Below, piece after piece: positions 38,642 through 47,056 of a DNA stretch of 64,000 nucleotides. A program made the position numbers and the translations under genes. Position 1 is the first letter of the stretch. Each line of letters starts with the position of its first letter. Location: IMG/VR virus record IMGVR_UViG_3300027985_000978, positions 1-64,000 of that record; one strand, 5' to 3'. Source of the DNA: a virus. The notes under the pieces are model-generated. The model was not told where the DNA came from and ran no database searches. It worked only from the letters and a program-made list of their open reading frames with translations.

Positions 38642-39062
38642 TCAAGATCTCCACGGGTATTGTTTTCGATGTTTTCAATGGGAAGTGAGAGTAAAAAAGC
38701 GGGTTTAACCGGTCTGTTGTTTCAATCTTCACGGTTAGTTCCCACTCGCCCAGCGTGAGCAAGTCACGGCGAATAAGCAGGTACTCATTGTTAATGCCAG
38801 CCGCACAACCGGAGATAGATCGCGTCTTGCCAGCGATAACCGTAGTCGGACACTTCTTGTCTCGGATCGAGTAGCTAAGTTCTGACCAATCGGGATCTTT
38901 TTTCACTTTGTACCGGAGTGCAAAACGTAAATAGTTCCCTTCCGGTTCGCCTTCTTCGAGTGAGATTATTTCAACCTCGCCGCGCTTCAGAACAAATCGA
39001 TCAACGGCCCCGACAACCGCCGCGCCTAACGCCGTTATTAAAAACAGGCTGTTACCATCCAT
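38634..39062 (-). CDS. lydB: LydB antiholin-like protein
   Basis: N-terminal TM, DRFVLKR, IRD..PTTVIAG, NPL...FP. Confidence 0.8.
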   Translation of the reverse strand: MDGNSLFLITALGAAVVGAVDRFVLKRGEVEIISLEEGEPEGNYLRFALRYKVKKDPDWSELSYSIRDKKCPTTVIAGKTRSISGCAAGINNEYLLIRRDLLTLGEWELTVKIETTDRLNPLFYSHFPLKTSKTIPVEILNV

Positions 39063-39072
39063 ATGAATTTAC

Positions 39073-39369
39073 TCACTGATTTCTGTTAGTTAAGTTATTC
39101 AGCACACCATCAAAGAGCCGCGCCATTACAGCGCTACCCTTCGACGCGGCCACCAGCACGCAGAAACAGACCAGCGGCTCCGGCCATTTCTGCCATGTTC
39201 CGAGAAAGAACAAACTCCACCCAGCCACGGGCGCTGTCACCAGTTCAGCGGTGATATCCAGCCAACCGGCCTTCAATCGCCCATCCCGCCGCCCCTGAAG
39301 GTATGAAGCTGTGCCACTGATCACGGATATCACTGTAACTATCGCCGCCAGCGCTGGCTCTATCGTCAA
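39073..39369 (-). CDS. lydA: LydA holin
   Basis: Three hydrophobic segments, YLQGRRDGR; first gene of the dar operon. Confidence 0.8.
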   Translation of the reverse strand: MTIEPALAAIVTVISVISGTASYLQGRRDGRLKAGWLDITAELVTAPVAGWSLFFLGTWQKWPEPLVCFCVLVAASKGSAVMARLFDGVLNNLTNRNQ

Positions 39370-39399
39370 CTCAGCTACCCCTTTATTATTTTGGTTAAT

Positions 39400-39415
39400 T
39401 GATTAGGAAGTATAA
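39400..39415 (-). promoter_or_regulatory. operator box (39400-39408) just downstream of a TATACT -10 for the lyd-dar operon
   Basis: Minus strand reads TATACTTCCTAATCAA. Confidence 0.55.
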
Positions 39416-39422
39416 CCCTATA

Positions 39423-39824
39423 TTAAACCAATACGATTTCTGGCATTTCCGGCCAATCAATCACACTCGGAAACTCCGCCTGTGCCGTGATATCACGCAA
39501 TAACTGGCGGTATACCTTCACAGCTACCAGTGAGTCAGCACTGATCGGGTAATCCGGCATAAGCAGGTGATCTGTTTTTGTGATTAGCGCATCACGACAA
39601 GATCGCGCCGCCTCTGCCAGTTCGTCAGCTGTTTTCACTGGCGCAACAATATCAACAAAGCCTACCGCGCCGTCACTGGTGATCCCAACCCGCTTTAAGT
39701 TGCTTTGTTGATTAATCAAAGCATCTCGTTCTTCATGCGTGGTCTGGATCGCATCTTCTGGAATAACGGTATGAATATCTGTGTCGTAAAATCCACCCGT
39801 TGAAGGTGAGTAATAAATAGTCAT
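39423..39824 (-). CDS. tail fibre assembly chaperone (Tfa / U-like)
   Basis: YYSPSTGGFY..IPEDA; RDALI..TD..PDYP..YRQLLRDI..FP..IDWP. Confidence 0.9.
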   Translation of the reverse strand: MTIYYSPSTGGFYDTDIHTVIPEDAIQTTHEERDALINQQSNLKRVGITSDGAVGFVDIVAPVKTADELAEAARSCRDALITKTDHLLMPDYPISADSLVAVKVYRQLLRDITAQAEFPSVIDWPEMPEIVLV

Positions 39825-39833
39825 AACTACCCC

Positions 39834-42800
39834 TTAATAACCAATCGCAATATAGAGAATCTTCATGGTTTCGCTGCCACCATTTGAACCAGTAATACGA
39901 GTTGCAACGAATGTTGCGCCGGTTGTGGATACGGAACCAACCGCTGCGGAATGCTCACTCCCTTCCGTATAGCTGCTATTAGCGGCAGAAGGTGAAATAC
40001 CGAGTAGTGCAGTTGGGAACGCGATAGGAAAAGTGACATTAGCCGAAAATTGAGGGTGAAGGTGATCTACGCTACTATTCGCGCTTCCGCCGGTATAAGC
40101 TGGCGGCGTAACTGTGATATACCCCCACTGAATAATTAAACCGCTTGGCAGTTTCTCATAACCATTTGAGGATCTGTTTTTTGTTCCTAGACCGTCATGC
40201 CAGATATTACCACCATCCCAAGTGATCCCACCTGAAGAGATCTGAAGGGTTTTCCTTGTTCCCCATGAAGCCCAATTATCAGGAGTTACATGCAGGAAAA
40301 TACCGCTCTCTGCGCCAATGTGCATCGCTTCGCCAGCGCTGCCAGCGTTGGTATACATGATTCCGGTTGATTCCCCCGCACCAATAAATACGCAGTCATC
40401 CCCCCCTATCCCGATTGATCTGTTGTTATCACCACTATATCGACGGATAACCGGCACTCCGTCAAACGTCATTGCAGCTCCGCCTACCACCCCATACTCA
40501 TGTGACCCAATGAATTTAGGCGCGGTTACTTGTACCGGAAATGAGGTGTTCCCTGATCCATCCAGTAACGTTGCGGTTCTCGTCAGTGAAACAAAATCCC
40601 CCGAATACTGGCGTACATAAATTGGTTCGATGCCGTTGTCGGCAGTGGCAATTTCCGCCCAGCCAAGGTCATCAGTTGCCCCTCCTACAACAATACGAAA
40701 CCAATCATTGGTTGCCATTTTTCCGCGCACCAGTTCAGCTATTTCACCAACATCAGCCGTCGCCGTTACCTTGGTAGCGGTTCCCGCGTTGCCGGTAATA
40801 TTGAATCCGGTATATGTACCGGAAAGGTTAGCGTTCGGAACGACCCCGCTTAGCTTGGTTGCATCCAGTGAGGTAACGGCGATTGAAATGTTTGCTGTAC
40901 CGTCAAACCCTGTCGCTGTGCCGGTTGCACCACCACTGATCGCAATGGTTCGAGCTGTTGTCAGCTTGGTAGCCGTTGCCGCGTTGCCACCAATGTTAGT
41001 GACTATCGTATTAGTGGACGGGTTATAGCCTAGTCCAACATCAATATTCAGGCGTTGGTGTCCATCTGTGGCACTGTCTACAAACGTTAAATAGCGCGTA
41101 GCATTGGTTGAATCGTCGCGCTCGATATACGGCTCCACCACGATATTGGCTGAACCATCAAAGGATACCGTGTTGATCGTTCTGGCGGTTGCTAACTTGG
41201 TTGCAGTCGAAGCGTTGCCGGTCAGTTCGCCAGATAAGCCATTGCTGAATGTAACTAAACCTGTTCCCATGTTGACCTGAATAGGCCGCAAGGCGTTGTA
41301 GTTCCCGTATTGATCGGCTGAATTAGTGACCAACAGGTATAACGTTGAGTTGTAGTTACGCCAGAACGACCCATACGTTTCACCAATCATGCGGTATGAG
41401 TTAGTGCTCTTGGTGATAATCTCCGCGTTGTTGGTTAGTTTGCCGGTTGCATCAATCGAGAGATACGCGCCAGCGTCGCCAACTTGGAACGTCCCATCTG
41501 TTCGCAGAACCCCTGCGCCGCAATAAATCCCACTGGTAAAATCACTGCGTGGGTTCAATCTCAACCATGTATCAATCTGACCACCAATCGCCGTTTTACC
41601 GTTGTACGCTAACCCCTGCCCTGAAGCTGCACCGGTAGCGTTCCACGTCGCCGCATTCGCCTTGCCGTAAGCATCAAAGGTATATGACCAATACGTGGTA
41701 TTTGCGGATTCCGAAGACCCAACCACCAGCGCCGCTTGAGAGAACGCACCGCCACCATAACGATACATCCCCAGCGAGACACGAGACCCATAGCCGTAGG
41801 TTGTCGCCGTACTTGATCCGTCAATGATCGGGTAGTAATCATCTGTACCGGATACCGTGCCAAAGTTTACAGTGATCGGTGAGGAAACCTGACGTAAGGC
41901 CGCAACGGTATGTGTGGTATTCGCTGCCAGCCATGACGTGGCATTTACTGTGAGACTTAAATCAGTCTTTACGCCGCCCGTAGTGTAAATCGCATCACTG
42001 GCCGTGTTTCCTACCAGTAATTTTTTACCGCCATAGGTACGAATCCACGTTGTATCGGTCATGTATAGACCGCCGCCGTAGGTATCATTCACCCAGCCGG
42101 TTGCACCCGTCGAGTGATACCAGTTATTGGCGTAAAACTTCGGTGAGGTTACTTGTACCGGAAAATCGGTATTGCCCGACGCATCCAGTAACGTTGCGGT
42201 TCTATTTATCGAGCCTGTTAATGGCGTTCCGTCGTACTGGCGAACATAGATCGGCTCAGTGCCATTATCACCGGTCGAGATCTCCATATAGCCTGCATCT
42301 GAAGAAGTAGAACTGCCACCAACAAACCAGTAATCATTTGTTCCTGCTGTGCCAAATATGCCACGCTTTACGCCGTCAGCTACCACGGGGAAAGAGAGAT
42401 TCCCGTTAAGTGTGAGCGGTGAATCAATCAGAACACTAGGCCATTCCGCCGCAGGGTTAATAATCAGCTGTGACGCGGATTCACCGGATAGAATGGTTCT
42501 TGCACCAGATTTAAGCGTTTGGCTTGAAGCTGAAATATAGGAGTTATTCAGCACGTCGGCACTACGGGCCGAATCGACGCGCACCCCATAGGTACTTGTC
42601 CCGTTCCAGCCCATCAGAACCGGTGAACCTGCCGTCCATTGTACTGTCGCGTTAGTGTTATCGACCGCGCCACCACTTGGAGATAGAGAGTTCGATGCAT
42701 CAAAGATCGTTGAATTGTTGCCGTTCTTTTGCCATGCCAGCTGCCCGATCACATGCGCTAGAATTCCTTTGCTGGCCCAATCAGTTCGCAAGGCAATCGG

Positions 42801-42968
42801 TACTTTTGTTGCTGCATAATCGTATGTTGTTTTGACCGCCGCCGCCGTCGCATACGTGGTTGTGCTTGAATCATTTACGGCGCTGGTGGCTTGCCAGTTA
42901 TTCACTAGGTCAACCGCCAGATCCAGCCGTAGCAATGATTTCACATCAATTTGCGCAATGTCTGTCAT
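39834..42968 (-). CDS. long (distal) tail fibre protein
   Basis: Gly/Thr-rich; GNASTATKLATARTI repeats; C-terminal GYEKLPSGLIIQWG..VTFPIAFP..YIAIGY. Confidence 0.92.
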   Translation of the reverse strand: MTDIAQIDVKSLLRLDLAVDLVNNWQATSAVNDSSTTTYATAAAVKTTYDYAATKVPIALRTDWASKGILAHVIGQLAWQKNGNNSTIFDASNSLSPSGGAVDNTNATVQWTAGSPVLMGWNGTSTYGVRVDSARSADVLNNSYISASSQTLKSGARTILSGESASQLIINPAAEWPSVLIDSPLTLNGNLSFPVVADGVKRGIFGTAGTNDYWFVGGSSTSSDAGYMEISTGDNGTEPIYVRQYDGTPLTGSINRTATLLDASGNTDFPVQVTSPKFYANNWYHSTGATGWVNDTYGGGLYMTDTTWIRTYGGKKLLVGNTASDAIYTTGGVKTDLSLTVNATSWLAANTTHTVAALRQVSSPITVNFGTVSGTDDYYPIIDGSSTATTYGYGSRVSLGMYRYGGGAFSQAALVVGSSESANTTYWSYTFDAYGKANAATWNATGAASGQGLAYNGKTAIGGQIDTWLRLNPRSDFTSGIYCGAGVLRTDGTFQVGDAGAYLSIDATGKLTNNAEIITKSTNSYRMIGETYGSFWRNYNSTLYLLVTNSADQYGNYNALRPIQVNMGTGLVTFSNGLSGELTGNASTATKLATARTINTVSFDGSANIVVEPYIERDDSTNATRYLTFVDSATDGHQRLNIDVGLGYNPSTNTIVTNIGGNAATATKLTTARTIAISGGATGTATGFDGTANISIAVTSLDATKLSGVVPNANLSGTYTGFNITGNAGTATKVTATADVGEIAELVRGKMATNDWFRIVVGGATDDLGWAEIATADNGIEPIYVRQYSGDFVSLTRTATLLDGSGNTSFPVQVTAPKFIGSHEYGVVGGAAMTFDGVPVIRRYSGDNNRSIGIGGDDCVFIGAGESTGIMYTNAGSAGEAMHIGAESGIFLHVTPDNWASWGTRKTLQISSGGITWDGGNIWHDGLGTKNRSSNGYEKLPSGLIIQWGYITVTPPAYTGGSANSSVDHLHPQFSANVTFPIAFPTALLGISPSAANSSYTEGSEHSAAVGSVSTTGATFVATRITGSNGGSETMKILYIAIGY

Positions 42969-42971
42969 TCG

Positions 42972-43946
42972 TTAAAATCTCCACCCGTCAGACTCATATG
43001 TAAAAATCACGTCTACATCGACATTCACCTGTACCGCCAAGGCGTTACCGGCTCTTGTAATGACTCGACCCCCACCCTCAACCACCACCAAACAGACCGC
43101 ACCGGACGCCAGCAAATCAGGGGAAATTCGCACGCGCACATGTTCACCCACGACAACGCCGGTTGTCGGTAGCGTGAGCGTGCCAGCTGTCATAAAGAGA
43201 TAAGCGCCTTGGGGCTTTGCGGTAGCGCCTGCCGCTTCCACGAACTTGGCCGCTGGCTGCAACGTGCCACCGATCCGGTTGCCATAACCTGCCGCGATCC
43301 GCCCGTCATCCGTGGTAAGGCCCAACTCGCCATCAAACAGGATCATTTCTTCCCGTTCGGTAGAGTCGCCTCGTCGGATCTGAATAGTGGTTGTGCCAAG
43401 TGGGGTATTGACGAACGCGCCGCCGTTGATTTTAAGGACACCTGTTAGATCTACGTCCATGCGTTCGCTGGCGTCGATATGAGAGATCGTGAGTTCGGTA
43501 GTTCCTGCAGGAACGTTTAGGCCGTACAGGATGATATGGTGATCTTGCAGGTCTGCCGTTGCTACCAACTGAAGAGTGGCGGCATCAATTACCGAATCCG
43601 TGGACACCTGTTTCGTAATTGTTCCCACGGCATACAGCGCCTCAAGGACGACATAACCGACAAAGCCAGCGGTCACGGTTAGATCAACCGGTAACACGTT
43701 CTGAACGGTTAAACAGGCGTTGTTACGCTCAACAATGGCTGTCCCCACAAGGTTTTCACCAATGCGTAACACCATTCCACCCGCCAGCGTATAACGGAAA
43801 CCGCGATAGATACCTGCCGGAACGACGCCAAAAAATTTACGGTTAAGCGCTTCTGATCCCATTGGTTCCAGATATTGAACATCTGTCAGTAATGGCATCG
43901 TGGAAATATCAGCCGACGTAGGCGGCATTAAGACAATTTCAGTCAT
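42972..43946 (-). CDS. proximal tail fibre / baseplate attachment protein (P1 S constant-region homologue)
   Basis: DVQYLEP..SEALNRKF.GVV.AGIY.GF matches the start of P1 S; IQIRRG...GELGLTTD module. Confidence 0.8.
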   Translation of the reverse strand: MTEIVLMPPTSADISTMPLLTDVQYLEPMGSEALNRKFFGVVPAGIYRGFRYTLAGGMVLRIGENLVGTAIVERNNACLTVQNVLPVDLTVTAGFVGYVVLEALYAVGTITKQVSTDSVIDAATLQLVATADLQDHHIILYGLNVPAGTTELTISHIDASERMDVDLTGVLKINGGAFVNTPLGTTTIQIRRGDSTEREEMILFDGELGLTTDDGRIAAGYGNRIGGTLQPAAKFVEAAGATAKPQGAYLFMTAGTLTLPTTGVVVGEHVRVRISPDLLASGAVCLVVVEGGGRVITRAGNALAVQVNVDVDVIFTYESDGWRF

Positions 43947-43954
43947 ATGTCACC

Positions 43955-44371
43955 TTACGCAATGTTGGTATCAATGTAGCCTTCGACGACTAACGAGCGC
44001 TTGTCGTTGATCCAAATCGGTGTACTGGCTAATACCGCTACCAATCCGCCTTGGTCATCGAGCACGCCCAATGCCGTAAACTTGCTTTGTGTTCCTTCTG
44101 CCACGGAACCAGCAGGCAGCACAGCGCGGATCGTAATGCGACCATTGGCATAGGTATAAATTGGATCATTAGTGAGGAAAATATCAGGGATGGCCGCCGT
44201 ATCGAGCGGGATTGTCGCCACGGACGGTTGACCGTCTACCGTGTCTTCAAAGCCATCACCCCAGACAACCTGCCCCAACTTAAAATCAGAGATCAAATTG
44301 ATTGACGCTTGAGCACGACGCTCATAATAGCGCGTCATTAGTTGCGCATCGTAAAGTACGACTGTTGACAT
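43955..44371 (-). CDS. tail fibre-associated protein R
   Basis: LYDAQLMTRYYERRAQASIN as in P1 gpR. Confidence 0.8.
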   Translation of the reverse strand: MSTVVLYDAQLMTRYYERRAQASINLISDFKLGQVVWGDGFEDTVDGQPSVATIPLDTAAIPDIFLTNDPIYTYANGRITIRAVLPAGSVAEGTQSKFTALGVLDDQGGLVAVLASTPIWINDKRSLVVEGYIDTNIA

Positions 44372-44459
44372 ATTTAAGCCTCATGGGAATGAGGCCGGAA
44401 AGGATGGGAAACGGGCTTTGTTATGCTATCACAGCATCCTGTTTAACATGGGAAAGTGG

Positions 44460-45305
44460 TTAGCCAGCAGGCAACGGGCGATCCACTGTCCAAGCATCAA
44501 GCGGGTACGCATCAAACCTCGCCTGATAGTTATACCGGTACTCACAGCTGTTATTCATTACCGGCATGTATTGAGTCGGGGTATCAGCCTGATAGGTACT
44601 GGTTTCAACGTTTTCCGCCACCACGGGGATCAGCTGTTCAATGTCTGCCGTTCCTCGCGTAAAGATTTCCTCAAGCTCCACCAGCGTATAAGTGAAGTAA
44701 TACCGCGTTCCGTCATACACGATATGCAGCGGGATCATGGGCGTAACAAGTCGCGTCAGTGTCTCTTCAAAGAGCGCCACCTGTTCATCCACACTTTGCG
44801 CTTCGGGGAATACTTTCACCAGTTCAGTGACAGGGATATACAGCACACCACGCGCTGTTAAGAACCACTGATCGGCTGGTATGGTTTCATATTCCAACTG
44901 CGCTTCCGTGGCAAAGTATGAACCATACGGATAGTTAATTTGATCCATTGGTGCATACAGGGGCCGCCACTCAATCTGCAAGCCGGAAAACTCACGGCTG
45001 ATCGCGCTTTCCATCGGGTACTTGGTTTTTTTCAGCCGGATCTCGTCTTGGCGCTGCATCAATGCCAGCGGCCAATCTTCAATCTCTACGCGGTCTGAAA
45101 TCGCAAAGAAACTGCCTAATTCAGCAACCTTTTTGCGTAAGTCTTCCTCGGTCATAGCAAAGGTACTGCTCATACCTCGGAGCCGATCAATCAGCGGTTC
45201 CACCTGTTGCTCGAATATCTCTTGAATTGAATCTGCAAGCTCCGTCCACATCGGGGAGTTTTGCTTTGCGGCGGTTAGCCGGTCACGTAACCAGTTTGTT
45301 TTCAT
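44460..45305 (-). CDS. baseplate protein, P1 gp16-like
   Basis: WLRDRLTAAKQNSPMW; PLHIVYDG; synteny. Confidence 0.85.
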   Translation of the reverse strand: MKTNWLRDRLTAAKQNSPMWTELADSIQEIFEQQVEPLIDRLRGMSSTFAMTEEDLRKKVAELGSFFAISDRVEIEDWPLALMQRQDEIRLKKTKYPMESAISREFSGLQIEWRPLYAPMDQINYPYGSYFATEAQLEYETIPADQWFLTARGVLYIPVTELVKVFPEAQSVDEQVALFEETLTRLVTPMIPLHIVYDGTRYYFTYTLVELEEIFTRGTADIEQLIPVVAENVETSTYQADTPTQYMPVMNNSCEYRYNYQARFDAYPLDAWTVDRPLPAG

Positions 45306-46699
45306 CAGTCTTCATACACCATGTTGTAGGTTGAATTTTCTTCATCCAAGTAGATGTAATCCGCCAGCAACGGATCAGCCTTTTTGTCAGTCACAATGAT
45401 CTTGAAATCTTCCATCACATCGAGCGCGTCAACTGCCGTCCAGATATCCTTTTCCAGAATATCGGAGTCTTTGTCTGTTGTGATATCACGCCCAAAGGTA
45501 TCTCTGAGCATCAACTGAATAGCTTGCGCAACGGTTTCCGGTTGCTGGCGTGCAGCGATAACGCCGTTTACCGTCACCGTGAACGGGCATAAGTTACAGT
45601 TCACATAGGAATAGCGCCGGTTCAGTTCCTCGGTTGTCGCAAACAGATCAAGGATTTTTTCAGAAAGGGCGGTCTGGTCTTCCGTTGGTGAGTATGCACT
45701 GATAAAAATCCGCCCGATATTATCTAGGCTATATCCGCTTTCCGCTTCCTGTTGCACTTCACCCCATACGCGAACCCACGTCAGATCGCCTATGTTGTTG
45801 CGAATGAATTGTTGATAATCGTTATCCCACACGATCTGATTGTCGTATGGTGTGGCGTAGATTGCACCGGCTCGGATCTCTTCGGTAGATTCCCCCGCCG
45901 CACCGCCCGTGATTGGCGTTGTGGTGACGACGGTTACTGATTTTGCTTGATCGGCGGTCAGGTCATCAAAGGTTAATGTCTGCCCTTGCAGCAAGGTTGT
46001 TTCGCCACTGGTACACCAGACGTGTAGCGTAATAGTTGAGCCAGCATCAGGAATACGGCCCGACACGCCATTACCAAACCTGATCCCCAGCTGTTCTGTT
46101 GGTTTGTAAAACTCTGCATACACTTGGCTGGTGGACACGGCACGACGAAACAGAAAACGTTTTTCCCATTGCTCCGTCCCTTTGTTTGGTAATGTCACCA
46201 TCACATCGACACTTGCCGCCTCTGCCGTCACCTCCTTGGATAACAACACTTCAAGCCATTTCTGTGACGCGGTAACGGTTGTCGTGAATACCTTCTCTTC
46301 CAGCTGGGAGATCTCCGCTTCCAGTGTTTCTCCAATCTCTACCCGCACCGATTCAGCCAGAATGTAAGGTAGCCGGTTCGGTGCGGTAATGGTTGCGCCG
46401 TAAGGCAGTAGCAGGGCCGCATTGGTATTATTGGTGATATTGATTTTACCGGTGGACGGCGTGATTTTTCGGCCCACATAACCGCGATCTTCAGCCGCCG
46501 CCAGAATTGAAGCCCGTTTCACTGCCGTACTCATGAACGCTTCTTGTAGCAGGCGCGTTGCCAGCGTTTCGCAACGGGAAACCATTTGCCCCACAAACAG
46601 CGCCAGCCCTACTGCAAACTGAGATCCCAGCAGACGCGCCCACCACGTCTGCTTGCTCAATGATTCATTGAATGAATCTATATTGTCTTGATAGCTCAT
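45305..46699 (-). CDS. bplA: baseplate wedge protein BplA (J / gp6-like)
   Basis: RASILAAAEDRGY, IRFGNGVSGRIP, ITGGAAGESTEEIR. Confidence 0.88.
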   Translation of the reverse strand: MSYQDNIDSFNESLSKQTWWARLLGSQFAVGLALFVGQMVSRCETLATRLLQEAFMSTAVKRASILAAAEDRGYVGRKITPSTGKINITNNTNAALLLPYGATITAPNRLPYILAESVRVEIGETLEAEISQLEEKVFTTTVTASQKWLEVLLSKEVTAEAASVDVMVTLPNKGTEQWEKRFLFRRAVSTSQVYAEFYKPTEQLGIRFGNGVSGRIPDAGSTITLHVWCTSGETTLLQGQTLTFDDLTADQAKSVTVVTTTPITGGAAGESTEEIRAGAIYATPYDNQIVWDNDYQQFIRNNIGDLTWVRVWGEVQQEAESGYSLDNIGRIFISAYSPTEDQTALSEKILDLFATTEELNRRYSYVNCNLCPFTVTVNGVIAARQQPETVAQAIQLMLRDTFGRDITTDKDSDILEKDIWTAVDALDVMEDFKIIVTDKKADPLLADYIYLDEENSTYNMVYED

Positions 46700-46709
46700 A
46701 CCCGACCTC

Positions 46710-47054
46710 TTACACGTTTAACTGAGTTGAAATCGCGCCTGCATTGGTCACGATATTCACATTGTACTGATCCATCACGGATGTATCAGGATTGCAAAGA
46801 ATGGAGTAGATTTTCACGCCCTGTACGTCCCGTGGGAGCCCGTTTAGGATCATGTTTTCTAGCCCGATTGCGGTTGTTTCGTTGTGTGGTTCGTGCCGGA
46901 ACGAATTGAAATCATGGCCCCAATCAGGGTTTCCGTAGACTTGACCCCGTGGCGTATCCATCCATTCCTGAATGTTGTTCGCCATTGCCTCGCCTTCGTC
47001 ATCAAACATGACGACGCCCGATTCATCGAGCGACATTAGATAATTGATTTCCAT
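46710..47054 (-). CDS. pmgA: baseplate protein PmgA (gp25-like)
   Basis: EWMDTPRGQVYGNPDWG. Confidence 0.82.
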   Translation of the reverse strand: MEINYLMSLDESGVVMFDDEGEAMANNIQEWMDTPRGQVYGNPDWGHDFNSFRHEPHNETTAIGLENMILNGLPRDVQGVKIYSILCNPDTSVMDQYNVNIVTNAGAISTQLNV

Positions 47055-47056
47055 GC

